From a phage: a stretch of 44,179 nucleotides of DNA. A program made the position numbers and the translations under genes. Under the pieces are notes generated by a model. It was not told the origin of the DNA. It was given only the letters and a program-made list of their open reading frames with translations, and ran no database searches. Location: the NCBI GenBank assembly GCA_032279465.1, contig GCA_032279465.1_4357.1; one strand, written 5' to 3'. Positions 1-7,667 of the stretch are shown one piece after another; the stretch's first letter is position 1; each line of letters opens with the position of its first letter.

Positions 1-31
1 AAAAAAAATCCCGGCTGGGTCAGGGCCGGGA
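1..31 (-). terminator. Rho-independent terminator downstream of lysis genes
   Basis: Stem CCCGGC/GCCGGG (10-15/25-30) followed on the minus strand by a T8 run (complement of A8 at 1-8); just past the endolysin stop. Confidence 0.6.
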
Positions 32-96
32 TAAAACTGGAGAGCAGAGGGATGGAGCAGGAGGTGATTTAAGTATCGTCGGATTAGTCTTAGGTG

Positions 97-585
97 TCAA
101 CCTTTCACCGCGCGCCCGATAGCCTCAGCCTCCTGCCACGGCTTGCCGTCAAACAGTGCAAGACGCCCGGCAGTACGGCGGCGCAGACCAAGTAACGGTC
201 TGCCGTTCTGGTTGATGAACAGTGTCAGCTTAGCCCGCAGCGTCGCGATGTCACCAGAACGCAGTGCCTTACCTGTGCCAGTAGTAGCCGCAATCACACC
301 GGCACCAGCGTTATACACCAGGTCGCACACTGCGTCGAACTGTGCCTGTGTAAGCGAATGGTGTGCTGCCGCATCAACTGCGGCAACCGCCTTAGCCATA
401 TCACGATTTAGTAACAGGAGTCCTTGTCCCGGGGTGATGGTCTGCCCCGCCTTAACATGCGGGCCATAGCTTCCATACCCAATAGTCAGGTACTTCTCAT
501 TCGGTGTAGCGCGATACGCGGTTCCGCGGAATCCCTCGAACGCGGCAGTGAATTTGATGCCATTATCTGAAATATTTCGAGACAC
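97..585 (-). CDS. Endolysin, GH24 T4/P22-type lysozyme
   Basis: ORF track 97..636; motifs ISDNGI, FEGFRGTAY, TIGYG typical of phage lysozymes; likely start is GTG at 585 behind a GAGGG Shine-Dalgarno rather than TTG at 636. Confidence 0.85.
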   Translation of the reverse strand: MSRNISDNGIKFTAAFEGFRGTAYRATPNEKYLTIGYGSYGPHVKAGQTITPGQGLLLLNRDMAKAVAAVDAAAHHSLTQAQFDAVCDLVYNAGAGVIAATTGTGKALRSGDIATLRAKLTLFINQNGRPLLGLRRRTAGRLALFDGKPWQEAEAIGRAVKG

Positions 586-835
586 GCTTATGCCCTCTGT
601 ACGACAGCCACGCCTGACGAATCTGGCGCAGCGCAACTAAAGTGATTAATGTCTCAGGCAGCGTCGGTGACATGCTGCCCTGTAACAGGTGGATACATCC
701 GGCGGCGCAGACAATAGCAGTCAGAATATAAAGCACACGCACGAACAGCCCGTCGTCCACGTGTTCGTTATACACGTTGAACAGGGACGAAGCGCCCATT
801 GAAAGCATTACGACAAACCAGAATAGCTCAGCCAT
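563..835 (-). CDS. Small membrane protein of lysis cassette (antiholin or second holin candidate)
   Basis: ORF track 563..916; internal ATG at 835 abuts holin stop; hydrophobic segments LFWFVVMLSMGASSLF and ILTAIVCAAGCIHLL. Confidence 0.45.
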   Translation of the reverse strand: MAELFWFVVMLSMGASSLFNVYNEHVDDGLFVRVLYILTAIVCAAGCIHLLQGSMSPTLPETLITLVALRQIRQAWLSYRGHKRVSKYFR

Positions 836-1136
836 GTGGTCCTCCTGGGAGGGCAATATCGCCGCCCGATACGACGCCAGAAAGGCGGGAATAGATAGGC
901 ATCCAGAGAATGGCAATGATGAATCCGAGGCCAGCTATCTCGCGCTCGCCAGTAATACCAAACCATTGAGCGGCAAGAGGTGCGCCGAAAATGGCGCACG
1001 CGAAGCCGGTGAGAAGAAATACCAGTCCGTCAATCGGCCCTGATATAGAATTTTTATGTTGTCTTAGTCCGACCAATCCCCCGACCAGTGCGGCAGCGAG
1101 AAGCCACCCCGTCACTGTTTCAGTAAATTTATCCAA
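828..1136 (-). CDS. Holin (three predicted transmembrane helices)
   Basis: 102 aa with three hydrophobic helices; immediately upstream of endolysin. Confidence 0.6.
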   Translation of the reverse strand: MDKFTETVTGWLLAAALVGGLVGLRQHKNSISGPIDGLVFLLTGFACAIFGAPLAAQWFGITGEREIAGLGFIIAILWMPIYSRLSGVVSGGDIALPGGPHG

Positions 1137-1211
1137 GATGAATCCCCCAGGTGCGTATTAAGTATGCAGTAACTGGAGGATAGCACGGTTATGAATTATC
1201 TTAATAACGGT

Positions 1212-1505
1212 TTATTTATGACGCCAGATGTATTGTCGTCTCTGCGGTTTAGTCGGAATATCATCGTATCCGAGCGATTTCCAGTAATTAAATAACCGAT
1301 TAGCGATTGCCGCGCGTTCCTGTGTTTTAAACTCTCCTAGATTCACGGCCTTTCCGTTCTGGAATCCACAGGCGCGGATAGCTTTACGCCTGGCCTGAAT
1401 CTCGGGGTACAGCGCGTTACGGCGGCGCTTGTGTATACGTGTCTTCGCTCTCGGTGACAGCGGCGCAAGGCCGCTTCGTTTCAGGATGTCAGTTGCAAGA
1501 GACAT
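1212..1505 (-). CDS. Hypothetical basic protein
   Basis: ORF track 1212..1550; likely start at internal ATG 1505 overlapping the upstream stop; Arg/Lys-rich. Confidence 0.4.
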   Translation of the reverse strand: MSLATDILKRSGLAPLSPRAKTRIHKRRRNALYPEIQARRKAIRACGFQNGKAVNLGEFKTQERAAIANRLFNYWKSLGYDDIPTKPQRRQYIWRHK

Positions 1506-1693
1506 CACTCCACCCCCTCCACATGTGTAACTGACCCACAGTTCGCGCACTCGACGTAATCAGGGTGCTGGTCTTTGTATTTCTGTAACTCAGCTTCAAG
1601 TTTCGCGTAATCTTCGTAAAGCACTAACACGCCCTCAACATCAGGAGTAAACCCGAATATCTGGTCGTAGGTATATCTCTGCACCATAATCAC
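1505..1693 (-). CDS. Hypothetical protein with CxxC pair
   Basis: 62 aa ORF, contains CANCG; translationally coupled to neighbours. Confidence 0.35.
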   Translation of the reverse strand: MIMVQRYTYDQIFGFTPDVEGVLVLYEDYAKLEAELQKYKDQHPDYVECANCGSVTHVEGVE

Positions 1694-1893
1694 TTCTCCT
1701 GTTTACCAAGTCGCTTAGGTGAGCAGATAGCGCGTACCTCTGAATCGATGGGCTTGTCACCCTGAAACAGGAAGTGCGCGTTCTCTGCGGCGCGTGCCGC
1801 TGACTGGCACGCCCCCATCGAGTAAAACGTTTCCGATGCCGCGAGTTGCATCTGGCCTGCGGACAGTACCCAGATAAATAAGATGCTGGTCAT
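1690..1893 (-). CDS. Hypothetical protein
   Basis: 67 aa ORF, hydrophobic N-terminus, stop/start overlap with neighbours. Confidence 0.35.
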   Translation of the reverse strand: MTSILFIWVLSAGQMQLAASETFYSMGACQSAARAAENAHFLFQGDKPIDSEVRAICSPKRLGKQEK

Positions 1894-2333
1894 TCGGTTA
1901 TAGCTCCACCGCAGTTATCACAGACTACAGTGTTGCCGTAGTAAGTTCCGCAGTGAGCCGGAATGCACGAGCATACAGGTAGTTGAGCGTCTTCCTTTCG
2001 GCAACCGGATTGTTCTGGCGCATCCTTACATCCGAGTTCCTCAAGTGCTTTGCTAAGGTATTGGCGGCGCAAAGTGTCAGTCATTGCACTATTTGCCCGC
2101 CGGATGTACCCAATCGCGCCTTTAGGGTCCAGGTCAACGATTGAACGAAGACACATAACCTCGTTTTCAGCGCAATCCAGCGCACAGGTTAGTTCCTTAA
2201 TCTGCGCCGACGCGTCACGTAACTGATTCTTTAGTGACTGCACTTCATGCACCAGGTCTTCGCACTGGTTGCAGTTTACCTGCTGCCGTAGTTGGGCAAT
2301 CAGGTACTCGAATACTTCGTTTTTGTTACTCAT
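1890..2333 (-). CDS. Hypothetical coiled-coil protein with Cys-rich C-terminus
   Basis: 147 aa; predicted coiled coil then CSCIPAHCG...CDNCGG zinc-binding-like cluster; first gene behind promoter at 2365-2394. Confidence 0.45.
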   Translation of the reverse strand: MSNKNEVFEYLIAQLRQQVNCNQCEDLVHEVQSLKNQLRDASAQIKELTCALDCAENEVMCLRSIVDLDPKGAIGYIRRANSAMTDTLRRQYLSKALEELGCKDAPEQSGCRKEDAQLPVCSCIPAHCGTYYGNTVVCDNCGGAITE

Positions 2334-2364
2334 CTTCTGTCTCTCCTCTTGTTTGTGTAAATGA

Positions 2365-2394
2365 ATAGTAGCCTATTCTATCTTAGTGTGCAAG
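2365..2394 (-). promoter_or_regulatory. Sigma70-like promoter (type 1: TTGCAC-N18-TACTAT) with AATAG-N4-CTATT inverted repeat
   Basis: Minus-strand -35 TTGCAC (2389-2394), -10 TACTAT (2365-2370); inverted repeat 2364-2377; about 30 nt upstream of gene start 2333. Confidence 0.5.
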
Positions 2395-2551
2395 TAAATT
2401 TTATTGGTGTTTGTATTGTTGCATCTCCTGCAATAGTCGCTTCGATTGTTGCGTTTGATGGAAGTGTCGCCTTTTGACGACACTAAGTTAAAGTTGTACG
2501 CTGCCGTGTAGCAGCGTAAGTCACTCGGTAAAATCCCAAACTATTGACCTG

Positions 2552-2739
2552 TTACACCGGCGCCGGTGGTTCAGGTAAGGGCATCCAGTGCGTTATATCA
2601 CCGTGATATAAACTCTTTGCAGGCCCCAGTAGCCATCTGAATTAACACGCATAACCTCACAGCCAACAAAACAATCAGTTACAAGAACGTATTCATAAGG
2701 CTCCGGCATCCGCTCACTACACTTAATCCACTTGCTCAT
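2552..2739 (-). pseudogene. DUF551-like small protein, apparently frameshifted
   Basis: Frame from ATG 2739 gives MSKWIKCSERMPEPYEYVLV... then stops at 2593; the -1 frame continues ...HGDITHWMPLPEPPAPV to 2552, which is the hallmark DUF551 C-terminus recalled from memory. Confidence 0.4.
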
Positions 2740-2897
2740 AAATCGCCTCTCTTCTCAAATGCGCCAGCCATTACATTCGCACCAGCTTTCCACGCCCGCC
2801 ACGCGAGACGCGTCTTAACGTTCAGGTACTCTTTCTTCGAACCCTTATTAACCGGCAGACCCTCGACGATGGCCCACCGTTCGAATGCTTCTCTCAT
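2736..2897 (-). CDS. Hypothetical small protein (53 aa)
   Basis: ATG at 2897 overlaps upstream stop (ATGA); below ORF-track size cutoff. Confidence 0.3.
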   Translation of the reverse strand: MREAFERWAIVEGLPVNKGSKKEYLNVKTRLAWRAWKAGANVMAGAFEKRGDL

Positions 2898-3049
2898 ACC
2901 AGAACCTCGCATTCATCCCGATACACGAACAATAATGACCCTTTGTACTCAATCATAAAACCATAATGGTTGCTGCTGAACGCCAGAAAAACATCACCTA
3001 CCGAGATACCGAAATCTATAAGCCTGCGGTCAGTTATTCGAATTTTCAT
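2894..3049 (-). CDS. Hypothetical small protein (51 aa)
   Basis: ATG at 3049 overlaps upstream stop (TAATG); MKIRITDRRLIDFG... Confidence 0.3.
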   Translation of the reverse strand: MKIRITDRRLIDFGISVGDVFLAFSSNHYGFMIEYKGSLLFVYRDECEVLV

Positions 3050-3252
3050 TAACGGCAACCTCCCTCAGAGTCGTCGGCACGAGCATCATGATTCGATGCC
3101 GTTCGTATAGCCAGTAAGCTATTTAGCATTTGCTGGCTATCCATCGTAATAATTGTAATCCCGTCCGATAAATGCACCTCGTAGCGTTCAGCTACGAAAT
3201 ATATTTCCTCGAAATCATGATGTTTCAGTTCTTCAAATAATTCTTCCATCAC
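3049..3252 (-). CDS. Hypothetical acidic protein
   Basis: 67 aa ORF, coupled to flanking genes. Confidence 0.4.
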   Translation of the reverse strand: MMEELFEELKHHDFEEIYFVAERYEVHLSDGITIITMDSQQMLNSLLAIRTASNHDARADDSEGGCR

Positions 3253-3437
3253 TTCACCCTTTTAAATTTAAAATTGTTGCCGATGAGTTTTAACTCATTA
3301 GCTTCGTAATAAACCGAAGAAGTTAATCCGTCCTGCCTGATATAACGGATGATATAAGACCCTGGGTATACGACAGACTCTTTTCCGACAACACCAAAGC
3401 CATATGCTGTTTTCACCAACTGACCATTCTTAAACAT
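3249..3437 (-). CDS. Hypothetical protein
   Basis: ORF track 3249..3446; probable ATG at 3437 behind GGAGTGAGGG Shine-Dalgarno; first gene behind promoter 3472-3500. Confidence 0.4.
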   Translation of the reverse strand: MFKNGQLVKTAYGFGVVGKESVVYPGSYIIRYIRQDGLTSSVYYEANELKLIGNNFKFKRVK

Positions 3438-3471
3438 AACCCTCACTCCTCTGTCTCGTTTTGATAAGTGA

Positions 3472-3500
3472 ATAGTATCCTATTATGTTGGGGTGTGCAA
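3472..3500 (-). promoter_or_regulatory. Sigma70-like promoter (type 1: TTGCAC-N17-TACTAT) with AATAG-N4-CTATT inverted repeat
   Basis: Minus-strand -35 TTGCAC (3495-3500), 17-nt spacer, -10 TACTAT (3472-3477); inverted repeat 3471-3484. Confidence 0.55.
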
Positions 3501-3559
3501 GAGATTAGTTACGTTGCCGTTGTGATTCTTTCGTTTCTTAAAAGAGTACGCAACGCAGT

Positions 3560-3774
3560 GGGTGGGCGTTAGCCCACCCCAGCGGAGTGAAGTACTCTCT
3601 ATCTTGCTTACGGCAACTATAGAAACTTTTAATTATCAGTGACTTGGATATTTAGGCGGGATTAACAATAGACTTTGACCCTTCCGAAAGCGTCAGCGGA
3701 ACTACACTCAAGTGCCTAATGGCACGCGTTGCGTTCCCTGCCGCTCCGCGGTCGCTTGCGATATCTCACAAGCT
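3560..3774 (-). ncRNA. Structured leader RNA, copy A (putative antitermination/attenuator element)
   Basis: Non-coding; core 3665-3790 is a paralog of 35955-36078; predicted start near 3774 from promoter 3781-3809; 5' hairpin 3754-3773; covarying stem 3698-3702/3733-3737 enclosing hairpin 3712-3725; ends at GC hairpin 3560-3579. Confidence 0.45.
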
Positions 3775-3780
3775 CAGTGA

Positions 3781-3809
3781 AGCTTAGCATATTTTCAAGT
3801 AAAAGTCAA
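3781..3809 (-). promoter_or_regulatory. Promoter of leader RNA copy A (TTGACT-N17-TGcTAAGCT)
   Basis: Minus-strand -35 TTGACT (3804-3809), 17-nt spacer, extended -10 TGcTAAGCT (3781-3789); same architecture as 36069-36097. Confidence 0.5.
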
Positions 3810-3856
3810 TACCAGTAGCATCTTTTGTATTTTAGTAACTTTGCGTGGTGTTTTGG

Positions 3857-3885
3857 TTGCTTTTACATTCACGCTATCCTATACT
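3857..3885 (+). promoter_or_regulatory. Sigma70-like promoter for plus-strand early genes
   Basis: -35 TTGCTT (3857-3862), 17-nt spacer, -10 TATACT (3880-3885), about 30 nt upstream of ATG 3917. Confidence 0.45.
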
Positions 3886-3916
3886 CGTTTTCACCAAACA
3901 AACAGGAGATATAAAA

Positions 3917-4099
3917 ATGCAGCATTACATGACACAGAATGAAGTGGCTGAACGTATCGGGGTGACCCGTCAAACAATTAATAATTGGTTGCGCAGCGGT
4001 AAATTCCCTGATTGCTGTATTAAGGTTATGGGTCGCCGTTTACCAGGAACATTTGACCGTAATAAAGTTGAAGCATGGATTAAGGAGAACGTGAAATGA
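3917..4099 (+). CDS. Small HTH DNA-binding protein (AlpA/excisionase-like)
   Basis: ORF track 3845..4099; ATG 3917 behind AGGAG; helix-turn-helix segment NEVAERIGVTRQTINNWLRSGKFP. Confidence 0.6.
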   Translation: MQHYMTQNEVAERIGVTRQTINNWLRSGKFPDCCIKVMGRRLPGTFDRNKVEAWIKENVK

Positions 4100-4308
4100 T
4101 TGGGCGTATGGGTTGTTACTTTGAAAACTGTAAAGTTAAATACCGGTTTAAGTTTGCGCCGGAAATTACTGACAGCGGATTCTATGCGGAAATATGTAAG
4201 CCTAATCATTTGTTGGAACCGACACGCATTATTAAGATGCCAATCGAGGCTTTAAGTAAGTGTCGTTTCTACGCTTCGGAGCGTGCGTGGATTGCGGGCG
4301 TTAAGTAA
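4096..4308 (+). CDS. Hypothetical protein
   Basis: 70 aa ORF, ATGA overlap with upstream gene. Confidence 0.4.
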   Translation: MIGRMGCYFENCKVKYRFKFAPEITDSGFYAEICKPNHLLEPTRIIKMPIEALSKCRFYASERAWIAGVK

Positions 4309-4376
4309 AAGAAACCCCAACGCCAGAACGTCGGGGCTAAAGTACAAATCATCAAAGTAAGCATAAGGATTATACA

Positions 4377-4505
4377 ATGACAAAGTTAATAGTTCCACAG
4401 CTACGCCGCCAGAAACACGGCGCTGACTTCTTCGCACCGGTAAAGATGAACCGCGCAATGCGCCGTATGCAGGAAGCCTTAGAACGTGCGGAGAAAAAGA
4501 AATGA
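4377..4505 (+). CDS. Hypothetical small basic protein (42 aa)
   Basis: ATG 4377, stop overlaps primase start (ATGA); below ORF-track cutoff. Confidence 0.3.
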   Translation: MTKLIVPQLRRQKHGADFFAPVKMNRAMRRMQEALERAEKKK

Positions 4506-6754
4506 ATATTGTTTTTGCAACGCTGCGCAACACATTCGATAAAAACCCTGTAGCGCGTGAGATGCCTCTCGAGCAGTTTGTGGAGTATGTCTGCGATACA
4601 TCGAAGCGTTTATCCGTGGATCCGTCGTGGTCTAAGGAAGAGTACGACGCTGCCAAGATTAAGCAGAAAGCTATTGCGCCTGTTGGGGGTCGCCGTAAAA
4701 ACGCTATCCTGGAAGACAGTGTGGTTAAGTTCGATTTTGACCATCTCAACCGTACTCAGTACCGCGACCTTGCCCGCAAATTCAAGAACGCACCGTTCTT
4801 CAATATTCTGCATACAACGGCATCGCATCAGCATGTGTGTAAAAACGGTGATTACGCCTTCCGCGTTCTGGTTCCGGCTCGCACGCCGTTTAACTCTAAC
4901 GACGCGTGGATGGTCCAACGGGCTATTTGTGCAGAGTTAGAAATAGATGAAGCCTTGCGTGACCACTGCACGGAAGACGGCAACCGCCTTATCTATCTGC
5001 CACATAGAGAGTCAAAGATAACGGTTACAGAAGGGCGTGTTATCCGTGCCGAGCGGTACATCAAGAAAGCCGAAGAGATGGGGTTGAGTAAACGTGAAGT
5101 TAAGACACTTGCCGCCGATGAGTATGGGCTTAATGCTGATATAGCGCATTTCTGCGAAGCCGAGCTTGGCCTTGACGCTTTATCTTCCGGGCGCGGGTAC
5201 GAAGTCCCATGCCCTAACGAACATCTGCATACAGGCAAAGGCTCCACAAGCATCATGCTTGATGGTAAAGAAGTGCGCTTTGTGTGCCAGCATACAAACA
5301 ACGGCGCTTGCACCGAGCTTAACCGCCGACAGCATTTGGCCCTGCGTATGTGCGGCCTGCCAGACGAGCTTAACGTAGACAAGCAACCTATCAGTATTAA
5401 CAGCATTCGTGCGGCTCTGCCTGATTTACCGGATGAAGAGATTGAAGAACTGCACCGCACAGAGAACGAGGAGCCTGTAACTTGCACGCTGGAAGACCTT
5501 GAAGAAGAGGACGAGTTACCAGAACCGGTAAAGGCTGATTTCGTCGTTGAGGGGTACATGCCGTCGGATTGTATCTGGGATATTGTCGGGGAATCCGGCA
5601 CGTACAAATCATTCTATACGCTGGGGATGATGTACCTGAGCGCCGCCGGGTACCGGTTTGCGGGGGCTGACACCCAACGTTGCCACCATTTCTATATTGA
5701 CGGCGAGGGTGGTGCGACTACACGAACACGTATTGATGCACTCGCGGCTAAATATGGCGAGGAAGGTAAAGATTATGTACATGTCATCGATATGGGCGAA
5801 ATACTCGCTACGCATGGTGATAAAAAAATTCCAGCTCTAATCCGCAGGATGCGCGAAACCGCAGGGGATGAACCTATTGGCATGGTTGCCTTCGACACCC
5901 TTAACCAGACGCTGGCCCTGACGATTGATAAGTTCGACGAGAACAGTTCATCAACGGCAATCGGTATGGGTAAAGTTATCGCCATCCTGAAAGAAGTGCG
6001 CGATGCAACTAAAGCCGCTGTCGGTGTCGTTCACCATACTCCGAAGGGCGGAAAGAAAGCCCGCGGCAGTGGAGCATTGTATGCGGGTGTCGACGTGGAA
6101 CTTACAATCGAACGCGCTACCGGCCGTCAGATAAACGTATACCACTCTAAATTTAAGCACGGTCCGCAACAGAAGACGGTTGGCATGGTACTGGAGTCTG
6201 TACAGTTCCGTGAAGCACCGCCGCCGAAAGAGTACCGCGCGGTTGAGTTCCTCGGTAGCACAGAGGAATACGGCACAATAGTAAACCTCGACCTGCCTGA
6301 GCCGCACAAGGCGCTTGTATTGATGCCGTGGGGCTTCGAGCCATTCAAGACCGACGAGGAGAAAGAGAGGGAAGAAGGGTTAACTAACGAAGGTAAACAA
6401 AATGTACGTAAAACCATAGAGAACGCCGTCAACAGTTCCGAGGCCACGATACTCGCGGCGTTTGAACTGGCGGAGGGGACCTACAACGGCAACGAAGGCA
6501 TCACAGTCGCCGCGGCGAATAAGCTCGCACAGTCAGACCCCAACGCAAAGGCGTTTAACTCCAAAGAAGCCATAGAACGCGGGAAGATTAAGAAAATGGT
6601 TGAGGCTGGGTATCTTGTCCCGGGTACTGACGAAAACAATCAGATAATCCCAGGCCGTTACAGACTGAACACCATGATAACAGATAACAAGATTCCGAAG
6701 ACAATATACGAGCCGAATGAAATGCTGACAGTGACCGAGGAGGATTTGGAATGA
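4502..6754 (+). CDS. DNA primase/helicase (N-terminal primase-like and zinc-binding region, C-terminal RecA-like ATPase)
   Basis: 750 aa; Walker A GESGTYKS, ...VVHHTPKGGKKARGSGALYAGVDVELTIER typical of RepA/DnaB-like phage helicases; Cys/His cluster CPNEHLH...CQHTNNGAC. Confidence 0.65.
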   Translation: MNIVFATLRNTFDKNPVAREMPLEQFVEYVCDTSKRLSVDPSWSKEEYDAAKIKQKAIAPVGGRRKNAILEDSVVKFDFDHLNRTQYRDLARKFKNAPFFNILHTTASHQHVCKNGDYAFRVLVPARTPFNSNDAWMVQRAICAELEIDEALRDHCTEDGNRLIYLPHRESKITVTEGRVIRAERYIKKAEEMGLSKREVKTLAADEYGLNADIAHFCEAELGLDALSSGRGYEVPCPNEHLHTGKGSTSIMLDGKEVRFVCQHTNNGACTELNRRQHLALRMCGLPDELNVDKQPISINSIRAALPDLPDEEIEELHRTENEEPVTCTLEDLEEEDELPEPVKADFVVEGYMPSDCIWDIVGESGTYKSFYTLGMMYLSAAGYRFAGADTQRCHHFYIDGEGGATTRTRIDALAAKYGEEGKDYVHVIDMGEILATHGDKKIPALIRRMRETAGDEPIGMVAFDTLNQTLALTIDKFDENSSSTAIGMGKVIAILKEVRDATKAAVGVVHHTPKGGKKARGSGALYAGVDVELTIERATGRQINVYHSKFKHGPQQKTVGMVLESVQFREAPPPKEYRAVEFLGSTEEYGTIVNLDLPEPHKALVLMPWGFEPFKTDEEKEREEGLTNEGKQNVRKTIENAVNSSEATILAAFELAEGTYNGNEGITVAAANKLAQSDPNAKAFNSKEAIERGKIKKMVEAGYLVPGTDENNQIIPGRYRLNTMITDNKIPKTIYEPNEMLTVTEEDLE

Positions 6755-7065
6755 ATATTTACGATTTTATAGATAACCCGTTTAAAGCAGTGAAGGCAGG
6801 ATACCGCCCGTCATACCTGACATGTGTTTCCGCTGTAAGCAACAACTGGTGGACTTTTTGTGTGTATGCAGCGGGGATTTTTGCGGAGTTTAAAGACATT
6901 TTAGACATGACGCTGGCAGAGATTATAAAGTGCCTTTTCAAATTAATTATATCGATAACTATTGTTATAAGTTTTCCTGTAAGTGCGTGGTTTCTCGCCT
7001 GGATTCAGTACCTGAACGTGCAACACACTATTAAGAATTTGGAAGAACTCGATAAGTTGCTATAA
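6751..7065 (+). CDS. Hypothetical membrane protein (AT-rich, moron-like)
   Basis: 104 aa; hydrophobic helices; 3' half markedly AT-rich versus flanks; ATGA overlap with primase-helicase stop. Confidence 0.45.
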   Translation: MNIYDFIDNPFKAVKAGYRPSYLTCVSAVSNNWWTFCVYAAGIFAEFKDILDMTLAEIIKCLFKLIISITIVISFPVSAWFLAWIQYLNVQHTIKNLEELDKLL

Positions 7066-7089
7066 AAAGAAAGGGGCTTTAAGCCCCTT
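7061..7089 (-). terminator. Rho-independent terminator of XRE regulator gene
   Basis: Hairpin AAGGGGCTTT/AAGCCCCTT overlapping the stop codon, followed on minus strand by T-rich tract TCTTTTTTATA. Confidence 0.55.
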
Positions 7090-7294
7090 CACCTAACGCC
7101 AGCCACTTGGCGTCTACTTCCAGAACTTCCGCCAGTTTGAACAGCGTTGCCGGGCGGACGTCCTGAGTTACTCCAAGTGCCAGCTGGTTAATCGCGCCCT
7201 GGGAAACGCCGGTCAGGGCCGCCAAACGGCGCTGGGAGATGCCGAGTTCTTTACGGCGTTGTTCTACACGGGTGCCTAGTTCAGATGGTTGCAT
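7079..7294 (-). CDS. XRE-family (Cro/CI-like) HTH transcriptional regulator
   Basis: 71 aa; LGISQRRLAALTGVSQGAINQL helix-turn-helix; AAGGAG Shine-Dalgarno; lone minus-strand gene diverging from promoters carrying two inverted-repeat motifs. Confidence 0.7.
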   Translation of the reverse strand: MQPSELGTRVEQRRKELGISQRRLAALTGVSQGAINQLALGVTQDVRPATLFKLAEVLEVDAKWLALGEGA

Positions 7295-7314
7295 GTCAGT
7301 TACTCCTTAGTCAG

Positions 7315-7387
7315 TTGATATGTGAATAGTACCATATTAATTATTTTAGAAAAGCCCATTGACATGTGAATAGTTCGCTATTATAGT
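7315..7387 (+). promoter_or_regulatory. Tandem sigma70-like promoters (type 2) with two AATAG-N4-(C/A)TATT inverted repeats
   Basis: P1 TTGATA (7315-7320)-N17-TAATTA; P2 TTGACA (7359-7364)-N17-TATAGT (7382-7387); inverted repeats 7325-7338 and 7369-7382; divergent from XRE gene. Confidence 0.55.
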
Positions 7388-7415
7388 TAGCCCATACCAA
7401 ACGAGAGGGGCAGAT

Positions 7416-7643
7416 ATGAACACAATCACTGGGGCCATAGCTAAAGGTTTTCGAGCAATTTTCGGCGCTCCGCAAGAAGTGTGCACAAAACATAAATTTG
7501 TACTTTCTTGCGTAGTAGGGGATGAGTTTGATGGGTTCGATAAACTTGTTGTCTGTGACCATTGCGGGCAAGAAGCTATTCAACACTCAAACGGTAAATT
7601 TGAACTAATAGACGATAGCCTTACTGAAGGCGACGGTGAGTAA
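7416..7643 (+). CDS. Hypothetical protein with CxxC motif
   Basis: 75 aa; GAGAGGGG Shine-Dalgarno; VCDHCGQE. Confidence 0.4.
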   Translation: MNTITGAIAKGFRAIFGAPQEVCTKHKFVLSCVVGDEFDGFDKLVVCDHCGQEAIQHSNGKFELIDDSLTEGDGE

Positions 7644-7667
7644 CTTACACAAACAGGAGAGAAACAA

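Noticed and set aside
1-8. A8 run at the window start as a poly-A artefact
   Set aside because: It is the complement of the U-tract of the minus-strand terminator after the endolysin gene
143-469. 108-aa plus-strand ORF
   Set aside because: Antisense to the endolysin, whose lysozyme motifs are clear
3665-3790. Possibility that the paired conserved elements are tRNA genes
   Set aside because: No T-loop consensus (GGTTCGAATCC-like), no 7-bp acceptor stem or anticodon arm layout; the covarying stems do not fit a cloverleaf
3917-4099. Lysogeny module suggested by the excisionase-like HTH protein
   Set aside because: No integrase, attachment-site-like repeat or CI-type repressor with peptidase domain in the window; small AlpA-like HTH proteins are common early regulators in lytic phages
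4993-5607. 204-aa minus-strand ORF inside primase-helicase
   Set aside because: Ser/Arg-rich antisense frame within a well-supported gene; no promoter or Shine-Dalgarno
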